The position numbers were made by a program, and so were the translations under genes. Below are positions 18,753 to 36,400 of a stretch of DNA of 64,000 nt, one piece after another (position 1 is the stretch's first letter; the number at the start of each line of letters is the position of its first letter). This DNA comes from the human T2T-CHM13v2.0 reference genome, Homo sapiens: the NCBI RefSeq assembly GCF_009914755.1, contig NC_060933.1, one strand, 5' to 3'. The notes under the pieces are model-generated. The model worked only from the letters and a program-made list of their open reading frames with translations, made no database searches and had not been told where the DNA came from.

Positions 18753-19400
18753 TGAGGCCAGGAGTTTGAGAACAGCCTGGCCAACATGGTGAAACCCCGT
18801 CTCTACTAAAAATACAAAAAATTAGCTGGGTGTGGTGGTGGCGCCTGTAATCCCAGCTACTTGGGAGGCTGAGGCAGGGAAAATCGCTTGAACCCAGGAG
18901 GCGGAGTTTGCAGTGAGCTGAGACCAGGCCATTGCACCCCAGCCTGGGCAACAGAGCAAGACTCTATCTCAAAAAAAAAAAAAGAAAAAATCTTACATGC
19001 CCTCATTTTTCATTTCATTTCATTAATGCAATTGAATTTCATTTCACATGTTATTGGCCATTCATTGATAAATCTCCTTCAGTAAAGTACCTGTTCATAT
19101 ATTTTACCCATTTTTTTTCATATTTGACTATACATTCTTTACTTATTGGTTTGCAGGAGCTACACACACACATTTTTTTTTCTGACAATATTTGCAGACA
19201 GTTCTTCATCCAGTATGTTGCTTCTCTTTTGCTTTTCTTTATGGTGTCTTCTGATAAACAAAAACTTTTCATTTTAATTTTAAAAGGTAAAATTTATCAA
19301 TCTTTTTTTATTTATGTTTTGGGCCTTTTGTTTAAGCTTCTATTAAGTATTATACCTTAGTTCTTGTGCAGTAAGACAAGAAACAGAAATAAAATATATA

Positions 19401-19808
19401 TGCTACAGTTTAAATAGTATTTGTCCTCTCTGAAACTCATGTTGAAATTTGATTATCATTGTGGCAGTGTTGGGAGATGGGGACCGTTAGGGGGTGATTA
19501 GGTCATTAGGGGGAATTAATGCCATTCTTGTTGTAGCCAATTAATACTCAAGAATCCATTAGTTATCACAAGAACAGGTTGTTATAAAGCAAATTGGGCT
19601 TCTTTGGCTCTCTTTTGCTTCCTCTCTTGCCACATAATTCCTTCCCTTTTCTGCCATGCTATAAAGGAGCACAAGGCCCCCACCAGATGCAGCTGTCCAG
19701 TCTTTGACTTCCCAGCCTCCAGAACTGCAAGCTAAAGAAATCTCTTTTCTTTATAAATTATCCAGTCTCAGGTATTCAGTTATAGCAACAGAAAACCTGC
19801 TAAAACAA
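19401..19808 (+). mobile_element. MST-type (MaLR) solo LTR inserted in L1
   Basis: AAACTCATGTTGAAATTTGAT near the start and TTATAGCAACAGAAAA...CTAAAACA at the end. Confidence 0.8.
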
Positions 19809-20168
19809 TATGAATATTGGAAAGGAAAAATAAGTTGCCATTATTTGCAGCTGATATGATTATCTATGTAGAAAATTCAAAAGTATATCAAAAGTTTTAA
19901 AATTAATGCAAAAGAAAAAAATTAATGAGAGAGTTTAATAAGAAGTCTGGGTATAAGATTAACATATGAAAATTAGTTGCATTTCTATATACCACAAAAA
20001 CAATTAGATAATATTATTTAAAAATGGCTAGCCGGGCACGGTGGCTCACACCTGTAATTCCACACTTTGGGAGGCCGAGGCGGGTGGATCACCTGAGGTC
20101 GGGAGTTCGAGACCAGCATGACCAACATGGAGAAACCCCCATCTCTACTAAAAATACAAAATTAGCTA

Positions 20169-20354
<186 letters not shown>

Positions 20355-20567
20355 TTAAATGAGCTAAGCATGGTGGCACACACATGTAGTCCCACCAGCT
20401 ACTCCTTGGGAGGCTGAGGCAGAAGGATTACTTGAGCCCAAAGAGTTCCAGGTGACAGCGAGTTGTGATTGTGTGCCATTGTACTTCAGCCTGAGAGACA
20501 GAGTAAGACCCTCATCTCTAAAAAAAAAAAAAAAAAAAAAAAGGAAAAAAAATTTTTTTTTTTTTGA

Positions 20568-20834
<267 letters not shown>

Positions 20835-21300
20835 TAAGCCACAACACCTGGCCAAAAAAAAGTAAATTTAAATATAAAAATTAAAAATAAATGACTTCTA
20901 GAATAGCTCAGACAGTCTTAAAGAATAATAATGTGGGGACTAGCTCTATCTAATATTAAAATTTGTATATCATGAAGTCAAATAATCAAGAAAAAATGTA
21001 ATATTGCCATAGGAATAGACAAATTTTCTTTTTTTTTTTCTTTTTGAGACAGAGTCTCGCTCTGTTGCCCAGGCTGGAGTACAGTGGCATGATCTCGGCT
21101 CACTGTAACCTCCACCTCCCAGGTTCAAGCAATTCTCCCTGCCTCAGCCTCCCAAGTAGCTGGGAGTATAGGTGCCCGCCATCATGCCCAGCTAATTTTT
21201 GAGACGGGGTTTCGCCATGTTAGCCAGGCTGGTCTTGAACTCCTGACCTCAGGTAATCCACCCTTTTTGGCCTCCCAAAGTGCTGGGATTACAGGCGTGA

Positions 21301-21656
<356 letters not shown>

Positions 21657-23329
21657 TGATGTAGGACACAGGAGGCATTTAGGGGAAAAAAATGGAAGTT
21701 ATTTTCTTCTTCATTCCAAATACAGGTACCAACCTCATACCCATATACAATGAGCAGCTCCAGATGACTTACAAATTAAAGGGAAAACTTTTAAGGTTTT
21801 AGATGGTTTAGGAGACTATATGACTTTAGGATATAAAAGGTGTTCTTAAACACAATTTCAATTTAAGGTTAGAGACATACACACTTTAGCAATTCTTTGC
21901 TTGTATGTTTGTTGTTTCCTGAGACAGAGTCTCTCGATCTGTCGCCCAGGCTGGAGCACAGTGGCGCTTTCTCAACTCACTTTGCCTCCCAGGTTCAAGT
22001 GATTCTCCTGCCTCAGCCTCCTGAGTAGCTGGGACTACAGGTGCGTGCCACCACACCCAGTTAATTTTTGTATTTTTAGTAGAGATGGAGTTTCGCCATG
22101 TTGGCCAGGCTGGTCTTGAACTCCTGACCTCAGGTGATCTGCCCACCTCACCCTTCCAAAGTGCTGGGATTACAGGCCACTTTAGCAATTATACTCCTAG
22201 ATGTATATAACCTAGAGCACCAGATGTATATAACCTTGTGCACCAGAAGATGTATGAAAAAATGTTCATAGCATCACTGGTTGTAATGCAATATATAAAT
22301 AGCCTAATGCTATATATAAATAACCTAATTTATCTATTTTATTGCAATATATAAATAACCTAAAAGCCTATCAACAAGAGAAATGGGCAAATAAATTGTG
22401 GCATATTCACACAATGGAATACTATATCACAGTGAAAATGAATAAAATACCATAGGCAATGATATATAGAAATCAAAACAAAATATTGAATTAAAACTAT
22501 ATGTACTGGGATACCTTTTTTTTTTTTTTTTTGAGACAGGGTCTCACTCTGTCACCCAGGCTGGAGTGCAGTGGTATGATCATGGCTAACTGCAGCCTTG
22601 ACCTCCCTGGGCTCAGATGATCCTCCCACCTCAGCCTCCCCAGTAGCTGGGACTACAGGCATGTGCCACCACGCCTGGCTAATATTTGTATTTTTTTGTG
22701 GAAACAGGGTTCTGCCGTGTTGCCAAGGCTGGTCTCGAACTCTTGGGCTCAAGTGATCCACCTGTCTTGGCCTCCCAAAGTGCTGAGATTACAGGTGTCA
22801 GCTACTGTACCATTTTTATAATGTTAATAATCAAGCACAACTAGGCAAAACTCATCAATATATTGTGTGTGTATGTGTATCTATACATAAATACATATAC
22901 ATATGTATAGACACACAATTTTATAAAACATGACAAGGGATTAATACAAAACTCAGCATAGTGGTTACTTCAGGGGAGGAGGCAGGGAGATGGAATCAAG
23001 AGAAGCACAGGATTTCATCATCTCTAGTCCTTTAGCTGGTTGTTGGTTTCACAGGTGTTTACTATTCTGCCTCATAATTTATATATATTACACATATTTT
23101 GAATGTATCAAGTATTATGCACACACATATCCACAAAATTTAGCCTATTTTTGTCAGCACTGACGTAGGTTCCAAGACCTCATGCCTCAGAATAGGGTTT
23201 CTCAACCTCAGCACCACTGACATTTTTAATTCTTTGTCATGGAGGGGAGGGACTTCCCAGTGAATTATTGGATGTTTAGTAGACAGTGTATTATTGCATA
23301 TTTAGACTCTATTCACTAGATGCTAGTAC

Positions 23330-23989
23330 TGTTAGAGTAGGTAGTTAGGCAGGCATGAGCAGGGCAGGAGACGGTGTCCCGTCCAAGGAATGTCGGGCGG
23401 CCATCAGATGGTCAGGCAGTTGGTAAATTATTTCTCTAAAATGATAATTGGCCGCAGCCAGCGCCAGGAAAAGGTAGTTTCCCAAAAGACAGAAAACACC
23501 TAAAACTGGTGATCAGCAGCTTCCCGATTAGATATCTGGAGTTGGGCCAGTGGCCTCGAGCATGTGCACTAAGAGACAAAATGGCGGAGCTTAACTGGTA
23601 TATGATGACCTTTCTCTACCAACAATGAACTGGTAAGGGAAAAAAATGCCTCAGATGAGCATGTGCACAAGTTCGGTAAACACACAGAGCATGTGGCCCC
23701 TCCCAAGTGTTAGCAAGCCACTGCGCATGCGCACAGCCCACTCCGAAGGAAGAATCGGGAGAGCGGAGGCAACCGCCCGGAAGCATCACAAGTTATAAAA
23801 CCCCAAGTCAAAGATCAAATCATACACCTGAATCTCTCAAGTACCCGGCTTGGCCCTCTTCCAAGTGTACTTTACTTCGTTTCATTCCTGCTCTAAAACT
23901 TGCCTCCGTCTCTCCCTATGCCTTATGCCCTTCTTTCAAATCCTTTTTTCTGAGGAGGCAAGAATTAAGTTGCTGCAGATCCGCTAACA
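23330..23989 (+). mobile_element. MER50-like ERV1 solo LTR inserted in a MER20/MER3-like DNA transposon (about 23193-24092)
   Basis: TGTTAGAGTAGGTAGTTAGGCAGGCATGAGCAGGGCAGGAG...GCTAACA, with imperfect 4-bp TSD GTAC/ATAC. Confidence 0.8.
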
Positions 23990-24140
23990 ATACCACCCCC
24001 CCTCCCAGATGTGACAACTAAAAAGGTCTCCAGACATTCGCAAACATCTCCAGGGCAGCAAACTCCACTCACGGGTTGAGAATATTGCCTTAGGGGATTT
24101 CCCTTATTTTCTTCCAAATTCATTCAATCATTTAAAATGG

Positions 24141-25210
<1,070 letters not shown>

Positions 25211-25260
25211 TTTTTTTTTTAAATTTATGTACCATTTAAAGATTTTTAAATTTTTAAATT

Positions 25261-25535
25261 GAAGACCATTATTCTAAGTGAAATAACTCAGGAGTGGAAA
25301 TCCAAACATCCTATGTTCTTACTCATAAGTGGGAGCTAAGCTATGAGGATGCAAAAGCATAAGAATGATACAATGGACTTTGGGGACTCGGAGGGTAAAG
25401 GGTGGAATGGGGGTGAGGGATAAAAGACTACACATTGGGTTCAGTGTACACTGCTCGGATAATGGGTGCCTCAAAATCTCACAAATCACCACTAAAGAAC
25501 TTATTCATGTACAAAAATAAGTAAATAAGAAAAAA
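25261..25535 (+). mobile_element. 5'-truncated L1PB-like 3' end
   Basis: CTCATAAGTGGGAGCTAAGCTATGAGGATGCAAA, A-rich tail, and AAAGATTTT(T/A)AAATTTTT on both flanks as a likely TSD. Confidence 0.8.
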
Positions 25536-25960
25536 GATTTTAAAATTTTTAAAATAAACTTTATTTTTTATAGCAATTTTAGATTTATGGAAACATTGTG
25601 ATAGTACAGAGCATTCTTCCACGCCCAGTACCCAATTTTTGCTATTAACATCTTAACATTAGTAGAGTACATTTGTTAATAAACCAATACTGATATGTCG
25701 TTGAGAAGAGTGGAAATATTTTAATAAAAATCATTAATTGTTACAAAATTTCCGGGGAAGATGGTAGTCTAGGAAAATAAAAAATGAACCAGAACCAGAA
25801 AAGAAATTTCTCTTCTTTTCTTAATATGTTGTTGTTAATTCTCTCTCACACTCTGTCTCTCTCTCTCTTTTGGCATAAACAACAAACATTATCTCACACT
25901 GTCTTTAGGTCAGAAGCTCAGAAATATCTCAGAGTCTCTCATGAGGTTGCACTCAAATAA

Positions 25961-26284
<324 letters not shown>

Positions 26285-27909
26285 TAAAGTCCATACTTTA
26301 TTAAGATTGGATTCATTTTTACCTAGTATTATATTTCTGTTCCAGGATCCCCTCCAAGATACCATATTACATTAAGCTATCATGTCCTCTTGGCTGTGAC
26401 AGTTTCTCACTTGCCTCGTTTGTGATGACCTTCACAGTTTTAAGGCGTACTGCTCAAGTATTTTATGGAATGTCCTTCAAGTGGAACTTGTTTTTCTCAT
26501 GATTAGACCAGGGTTATATGTTTTTGGGAGAAAGACTACAGAGATAAAGTGCCATTGACGTCATATCAAGGGTCCTATTGTTAACATGACTCATGATGGT
26601 TAATGTTGACCTTGATCATCTGACTGAGGTAGTCTGTCAATTTTCTTCACTCTAAAGTTATCTTTCCTTGCCTTTCCATATTGTACTCTTTGGAAAGAAG
26701 TCATTATGCACAGCCCACACTTAAGGAATGGGGAGCTATGCTCTACTTCCTTGAGTAAGCAGTGTTTACATAAATTATTTAGAATTCTTCTGTACAGATG
26801 ATTGGTCATTCTCCCTCATTTACTTATATGTTCAATCATTTAATTATATCAGTATGGACTCATGAATATTTATTTATTTTATACTTTGATTATAATTCAA
26901 TATCATTTCATTTTGTTGCCCAAATTTTTCCAGCTTTGGCCATTGGGAGCTCTTACAGTTGACCTATGTGCTCCTTTGACATACCCCTCATCAATGTGGG
27001 GGTTTTTTGGTTTTGTTTTTTGAGCACTTTCTTACTTTATGGCACAACAAGATGCTCCAGGCTCATCATGTACATTTACTACCTCAGTCCTAGAATCAGC
27101 CATTTCTCAAGGAACTCTAGTTCCTTTTTTTTTTTTCCCCCAAGACAGAGTCTCACTCTGTTATCCCACAGCCTCAACCTCCAAGGCTCAAGTGATCCTC
27201 TTGTCTCAGCCTCCTGAGTAGCTGGGACTACAGGCAGCTGCCACCACTCCCAGCTAGTTTTTAAATATTTTTTTGTAGAGAAAGGGTCTCACCATGTTGC
27301 CCAGGCTGGTCTCCAACTCCTGGGGCTCAAGCAATACTCCCACCTGGACTTCCCAAAGTGCTGAGATCACAGATGTGCCACTGTACCCTGCCTGGTTCCT
27401 TTTATTAAAGTACAGTATTTGAAAGTAAAATCTAGGTACTAGGAGTTCTCATTGTTACTGGAATTAAGGTTTTACAGTTTTTAAAATTTTTTTTTAGTTT
27501 GAGAGTGTCAGGAGGTCTGGCCTGTCATAGGATTTTAATCTTCTAGTGCTTATTTACTCTGCTCAGTTTACTTTGGTCAACGGTTGCAGGTCTGCCTTGC
27601 AGGTCACTGTTAACCCTTCAGCCTCCCTTCACTTCCCAATTTTCAGTCATGGGTCAGCAAACTGAGTCCTGAAAATAAATAAAAATGCAAGATACATCTT
27701 CTCTTCTTCAGTCCTACCTTCCTTAACGTCTGAAAATGAACCCCAGGGTGTATTTCTTAATTTTTCCGTGGTGCACCTAGGTCCCAGTTCTTATTTCTTC
27801 ACATTTCAAATTGCTTCTGGGCCTTCAGGAACATCTCGTTTACTCACTAAAAATGGCACGGAGTGACTATTTGGAGGAAATGCTTGTCAAATCTCACCGC
27901 TTTCCTTGA

Positions 27910-28197
<288 letters not shown>

Positions 28198-28200
28198 TGA

Positions 28201-28440
<240 letters not shown>

Positions 28441-31102
28441 TAACATGATTCTCCCCTAACTTACCTAGTCCAAACCAGTTCACTAGCTTGTGAGTTACCC
28501 TAATCTTTTCAAAGAAGTGAAGGTGAAAGAGACAGCTGTGAGTAAGGTAGCAGAGAAAAAGGGACAACTCTCTTTCTTTTCCTTTTTTTTGTAGTTTTTG
28601 TAGAGGCGGGGTTTCACCATGTTGGCCAGGCTTGTCTCAAACTCGTGACCTCAGGTGATCCACCCACCTCGGCCTCCCAAAGTGCTGGGATTACAGGTGT
28701 GAGCCACCGCGCCTGGCCTCTTTTCCTTTTTTTCCCCTCTTTTCCACTTAACCTGTTATGTATAACTCTTGCTCCCTGACCTGAAGTTAGCCTTCTGTGC
28801 TAATAGAGTTGATTTACTTTTCCTGTCTTGGCATTCTATTTGTCTACAGATATTTGAAGTAAATAAATATAATATAGATGCTCTTTGGGAGGCTGAGGCG
28901 GGCTGATCACCCGAGGTCAGGAGTTGGAGACCAGCCTGGCCAACATGGTGAAACCCCATCTCTGCCAAAAATACAAAAAAATTAGCCAGGCGTGGTGGCT
29001 GGCGCCTGTAATCCCAGCTAATCGGAAGGCTGAGGCAGGAGAATCACTTGAACCCAGGAGGTAGAGGTTTTAGTGAGCCAAGATCATGCCACTGCACTCC
29101 AGCCTGGGTGACAGAACAAGACTCTGTCATTAAAAAAAATATATATATAGATGCTTATAATATTGTAATTGCTATTATAATGGACAAAATAGTTCCTTTT
29201 CGGGTATCTGAGACCACATCACTAATAGGAACCATACATTTTATTTTACAACTACAACAAAGCCTTCATTTTGGCTACAAATTCAAACCTCTCCTCTAAA
29301 TCTTTTGACATATCTGTTCAACAAGGAGCCAGATAGATTGGTTAGGGTATATCTGTTTTATGTTTCCTGATTTGTCTTTAGTGGAAATAATAGCCCTGTG
29401 CAAAAAGCAAACCACAGCCCACAAGGTCAGTGGTAAAGCTCTTGGGTTACCAAACAACTGGGTGAAGCTGTTGTTCTCCCGTATCAATATGGTTCTGAAA
29501 AATATTTCACTGCAGATGATCCCACAGGGCACTGGCAAATGTTCAGCCTTGAACAGGCAAACAAGCAAAAAGTCAGTAGCAGAAAAACAAAACAAAACAA
29601 CAAAATACAGCCTGGAAAGCTGCTCTGTGAAGAATATGTTATTTATGTAACTGGAAAAGCAAACCTCCTCTCCATACCACCCCCCTGGGGGTGGAGGATT
29701 ACTTGTATCAGAGGATAATAAGTCCTCATATTGCCTCTGTTCTGGAGCAGTGGGAGTATGAGACCTTAATCAAGAATTTAATTTAGTAGAGGGTAGTAGG
29801 AGGATGACACCTACAAAAATTTAATTTGGCACAGAATAAATACATGGGGTATTTCCAAAGCTTGATCTTGGTGTAGCAAAGCAGTAACAAGAAAGAGAGA
29901 TGGATAGCTCAATTTGGGGGCCTGATTTTTAAGCTAATTTCAAACATCTTTTTATTTTTTTTAAATGCTTGGTTAGGCACAATCTGAAAACTAGAAGATA
30001 AAAAAGAGCTGACATCGTTCTGCAAAATAAAATGCTATCTTGATAGTGAGCAGGGGTAAAGTTACATTGATTATAGGAGTCAAATGTTTCTCTTTCTCAG
30101 CGTGGAAAACGTACATGTACTCACAGTGTAATACCGTTTCTCAGAATTAATGCCTGTCTTTGGGAGATGTGGGTGTGTTTAACATAATAGTTATTTACTG
30201 GGCACCAGGAGGAATTAGGTGGAAATATCTCCAAGGGAACTGAACTTGGACTACCCACACCCACCGTGGATTTTCTTGCTAGAGCCATATTTTAAATCAA
30301 ATGAATAATTCAGACCTGAGAAAATGCTTGGCTTGGGAAAAGAGGATGGATCCTGGTATGAGACCAACCCCTGTGAGTGGGGCCTGGAATCTACTGAAAG
30401 GAGGAGGGAGATATTAAAGGAAATGTTGAAGAAGGAAATTTGAACAACATCAATGCTCTGAGAAAGAAATGCAGATGTGAAGACAAGGGGCAATAGTAGG
30501 GATCCAGGTGTGCTCAAGGCCTTTGCGATGGTTTATATTCTTGTGATAATTTTATCTTCAGACTGAGTATCATTTAAGAGTTAGGTCCAGCTGCATACAA
30601 CAGAAAACTCAGTAACAAGATAAACTAGATACAAATGTATTTCTCATGCAAAGGAAGTTCAGAAGTAGTGGTTTCAGGGCTGATATGACACTCCATTTCA
30701 TGTTCATCAAAGACCCGTCTTCTTTTGTTTCCATTACATAAGCATATGGCTTTCATCATTCTTAAGATTACAAAATGGCTAAGAACTCTTTTTCTTTTTT
30801 TTTTTTTTTTTTTTGTGGAGGGTGGGTGTTGGGGAGTTGCCCAAGCTGGAGTGCAGTGGCGTGATCACAGCTCACTGCAGGCTTGACCTCCTGGGTTCAA
30901 GCAATCCTCAGCCTCCTGAGTAGTTGTGATTACAGGCATGCGCCACCGCGCCTGGCTAATTTTTGTATTTTTTTGTAGAGACAGGGTTTCGGGTTGGCCA
31001 GGCAGTCTCAAACTCCTGGACTCAAGCCATCTATCCGGCTTGGGCTCACAAAGTGCTGGGAATACAGGCAGGAGCCACCACACCCCACCTGGAAATAAAA
31101 GT

Positions 31103-31257
31103 TTCTTTCTTTTCTTTTCTTTCTTTTCTTTCTTTCTTTCTCTTTCTCTTTCTCCTTCCTTCCTTCTTTCTTTCTCTTTCTTTTCTTTCCTTCCTTCTTT
31201 CCTTCTTCTTTTCCTTCTTCCTTTCTTCCTCCCTCCCTTTCTCTCTCTCTCTCTCTT
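31103..31257 (+). repeat. Pure polypyrimidine (TTTC/TTCC/TC) tract, about 155 bp
   Basis: Direct read. It lies between two minus-strand Alus. Confidence 0.95.
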
Positions 31258-31848
31258 AGATGGATTCTCCTGCCTCAGCCTCCCAAGTAGCTGGGATTAC
31301 AGGCGCACACCACCACACCAAGCTAATTTTTTGTATTTTTAGTAGAAACAGGATTTCACCATGTTGACCAGGCCAGTCTAGAACTCCTAACCTCAGGTGA
31401 TCCACCCGCCTCGGCGTCCCAAAGTACTGAGATTACAGGTGTGAGCCACAGTACCGGACTGGAAACTCTTTAAAGCAGCTTTCCCAGAAGTCCTTCCCAG
31501 CATCTTCCACATACGTCTCATAAGCCGTAATTTGGTCATGTGGCCATCCCTGGCTGTAAAAGTGGCTGGGAGGTGCAGTGTTTTTGCTGGTTATATTGTC
31601 ACCTCTAAAAATAATGTTGGTAAGAAGTAGTGGGTAAGCCACTAGCAGTCTGTGTGACATAGCAGTTGTCATATAGTTAAGATTTTTTTCTCTTATGCAA
31701 TAATTCCACAACTCTTTGGTGAAGAGTTGTGTGGGGCTGGTGTGGTACATAAAGCAACAGAGCAAAAAAAAAAAAATGGTGAAATACAGCTTGATCCATG
31801 TAGTCACTCCGCTGATTGTGCTCATATAAGGGAGCAATTGTCTACTGA

Positions 31849-32376
<528 letters not shown>

Positions 32377-33328
32377 TAATACTTCATACTAAGACGTGGA
32401 AATTCTCTTGCATAACCCAGCAGAGTTGTCAAATCAGGAAATTCATTACTGATACAATACTTTAATCTCTACTGCATATTCCAATTTGTTAATTTCCAGT
32501 AGTGTTCTTTTTGTGTTGTTGTTGTTGTTGTTTTGTTTGTTTGTTTTTTCTGAGCAGGGTCTTGCTCTGTCATCCAGGCTGGTGTGCAGTGGTGCAATCA
32601 CAGCTCACTGCAGCCTCGACCTTCCTGGGCTCAGTTGATCCTCTTACCTCAGCCTCCTGAATAGCTGAGACTACGCGCAGGCAGCCATGCTTACTAATTT
32701 TTGTATTTTTTATAGAGACAGGGTTTTATCATGTTGCCCAGGCCTGTCTTAAACTCCTGGGTTCAAGCAATCTGCTAGACTCAGCTTCCCAAAGTGTTGG
32801 GATTACAGGTGTGAACCACTGCACCCAGCCTGCCAATAGTGTTCTTTATAGCAATTTTTTTTTTCTATACAGGAACCAGTTCAGGATTATGTGTTGCGTT
32901 GAATTGTCATTTCTTCTTTATTGCAGCTTCTTAGACTTTCTTTCTATTTTTTTATGACATCGACATTTTTGACTTCTTATTCACCTTGGAGAAGGTGTAA
33001 ACAACTGGAGCAATTTTGCCTCCAGAGGACATTTGGCAATTTCCGGAGACATTTTTGGTTGACAAAACTGGAAGAGTTGGAGATAGATGGGGTGATGGTT
33101 GCACAACAATGTAAATGTACTTAATGCCGTTGAACTGTACACTTCAATATAGTTAAAATGGTAAATTTTATGTTAGGTATGTTTTACAAAAATAAACAAA
33201 AAAATTTGGCCAGGCGCGGTGGCTCATGCCTGTAATCCCAGCATTTTAGAAGGCCAAGGCAGGTGGATCATCTGAGGTCGGGAGTTCAAGACCAGGCTGG
33301 CCAACGTGATGATACCCTGTCTCTACTA

Positions 33329-33487
<159 letters not shown>

Positions 33488-36400
33488 TCAAAAAAACAAA
33501 AACAAACTGGAAGGAGGGTGCCACTGATGCTACTGGCATGTAGTGGGTACAGACCAAGAATGCTGCTAAACATACTCTAATGCACATGACAGCCTCCCAC
33601 AAAAAATGATTATCCAACCCAAAATGTCAATAGTGCCACGGCTGAGAAATCCTGGTATGAATTATTAGCATAACCTTGCTAAAGGGTATTAAGTGTGTAT
33701 ATCCTCTGAGCAAACAGTCCCAGTTCTAGAAATGTATTCTATGGAGATATGACTAGTGAGCAATGATGTATACACAAAGGCTTTTTATGGCAAATACCAT
33801 TCATAATAAAGACAAATTTTAAAACCACTTAAATGTCTATCATAACAGCCAGGAAAGTTGGCATGAACCTGTAGTCCCAGCTACTCACTTGAGGCCAAGA
33901 GTTCAAGTCCAGCCTGAACATCATAGCAAGACCTCATCTCCAGAAAAAAATGTCAATCACAAATGAGAATGGTAAAATCAATTTGGAGTACATTCACAAA
34001 AAGGAAAATGATGCATCTTCTTTTTGGGGGGCACTGGAGCAGGGACAGAGTCTTGCTCTGTTACCCAGGCTGCAGTACAGTGGCACAATCACTATAGCCT
34101 CGACCTCCTGGGCTCAAGCGATCCTCCCACCTCAATCTCCTGAGTAGATGGGACCACAGGCATGTGCCACTATGCCTAGCTAAAATTTTTATAATTTTTT
34201 GTAGAGACAGTCTCCCAATATTGCCCAGGCTGGTCTCAAACGCCAGGACTCAGGGAATCTCCCATCTTAGCCTCTCAAAGTGCTAGGATTACAGGTGTGC
34301 GCCACTGCACCTGACCGCGTCTACTTTTAAGAAAAGCTTTAGGCTGGGCGCGGTGGCTCATGCCTTAATCCCAGCACTTTGGGAGGCCGAGGTGAGCGGA
34401 TCACCTGAGGTCAGGAGTTTGAGACCAGCCTGGCCAACATGGTGAAACCCCATCTTTACTAAAAAATAGAAAAAAAAAATTAGCCGGGTATGATGGCGGG
34501 CACCTGCAGTCCCAGATACTTGGGAGGCTGAGGCAGAGAATAGCTTGACCCCAGGAGGCAGAGGTTGCAGTGAGCTGAGATCGCGCCACTGCACTCCAGC
34601 CTGAGCGACAGAGCAAGACTCTGTCTCAAAAAGAAAAAAAAGTTTTAGATGTAAACGTGGAAAGATGTTTATAATATACTAGGTAAGCCAAAGACAGGTT
34701 TCAGGCTGGGCACGGTGGCTCACACCTGTAATCCCAGCACTTTGGGAGGCCTAGGCAGGTGGATCACCTGAGGTCGGGAGTTCAAGACGAGCCTGGCCAA
34801 CATGTTGAAACCCCGTCTCTACAGAAATTCAAAAATTAGCTGGGCATGGTGGCAGGTGCCTGTAATCCCAGCTACTCTAGAGGCTGAGGCAGAAGAATCA
34901 CTTGAACCCGGGAGGCGGAGGTTGCCGGGAGGCGGAGGTTGCCGTGAGCCGAGATCGTGCCATTGCACTCAAGCCTGGGTGACAGGGCGAGACTCCATCT
35001 CAAAAAATAAAAACAAAACACCAAAAAAAAAACAAGTTTCAAAACAATACAATATACACATAATCTCACCATGCTTAAAAACTATAAAAATTAATGTAAA
35101 GATTTCAAAGTCTTAGACACATGCCAAATGTTAACATGATTATCTCTGAAGGGTAGTATTAAAGAGGAACTTTCAGTTTCTCTAGCTTGTTGGAATCATG
35201 AATCAGAAATATATAGACATTAAAATACAATAATCAGGTTAATATCCAACAGTTACTAATTAAATAATGACTGGCAATAATTCATGGAGCAAGAAAAGGC
35301 ACAGCTCGGAGTTCTACGCAGAAGGCTTGGTACATTATCAGAAGCAACTACCACCCCTAAAACCCAAAGGAATTTTTTTTTCCAAGACAGGGTCTTGCTC
35401 TGTTGCCCAGGCTGGAGTGCAGTGATGCACTTACAGCTCACTGGAGCCTAAAACTCCTGGGCTCAAGCAGTGCTCCCACCTCAGCCTTCTAAGGAGCTGG
35501 GACTACAAGCATGCACCACCACACCTGGCTTAATTTTTAAATTTTTTTTTGTAGAATCAGGGTGTCACTGTTGCCCAGGCTGGTCTCATACTCCTGGGCT
35601 CAAGTGATCCTCCCACCTTGGCTTCCTAAAGTGTTACGATTACAGGCATGAGGTACAGTTTCTGGCTCACAAGGATTTCTCAGGTGATTCTGAGACAGGG
35701 TGAGCTGTCTTGTGGGTAAAGGAAATGGAAATTTTTAAGAGATGTGGGACTCTCTCAAAGCCATTGAAATCATCTGCTCTGAGTCACATTATATTGTTGT
35801 TGGCCTCTGACCATCAATTTGTAACATTATTTTTCACTGGAGAAGCCTAAAACATCTTAAAACTCAAATGGAAAAATTTCAATGGCAAGTTATAATACGA
35901 CTAACAATAGGTTACGATCCATTAATGAGTCACCAAACTTATTTAGTAGGTTAGAATCAACTTTTTTTTTTTAACAAGGCAGACAAGATTCAAATAAAAT
36001 AGAATAAAAACTTTGTACTGGGTCTGAATAAATAATTTATTTCCTTTTGTGGGTTGTGGTCAAGAAATTGGAAGGTTACTAAATTACACACTTTAAAAAA
36101 TGGATTATTATGCAAGCTCAGGGTTAGGAGAGTCCTTATTTGATAACTTAAGCTTAAAGTTGTTGTCAGTGTCATATCCTTTAATATTTCAATTTGATTA
36201 GGCATTTTCAATCTCCTATATACTTGAAAATTACTTTTTAACATTGGAGAATTAAACTTCATAGACTTTATTTATTTATTTATTTTTTGTGTTTTTGAGA
36301 CAGAGTCTCACTCTGTTGCCCAGGCTGGAGTGCAGTGGTGAGATCTTGGCTTACTGAAACCTCTGCCTCCTGGGTTCAAATGATTCTCTTGCCTCAGCCT

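Noticed and set aside
29296-29650. Overlapping 96 and 99 aa ORFs
   Set aside because: No recognisable homology and no convincing splice structure.
34908-34941. 17-bp tandem duplication CCGGGAGGCGGAGGTTG inside an Alu
   Set aside because: Ordinary slippage duplication.
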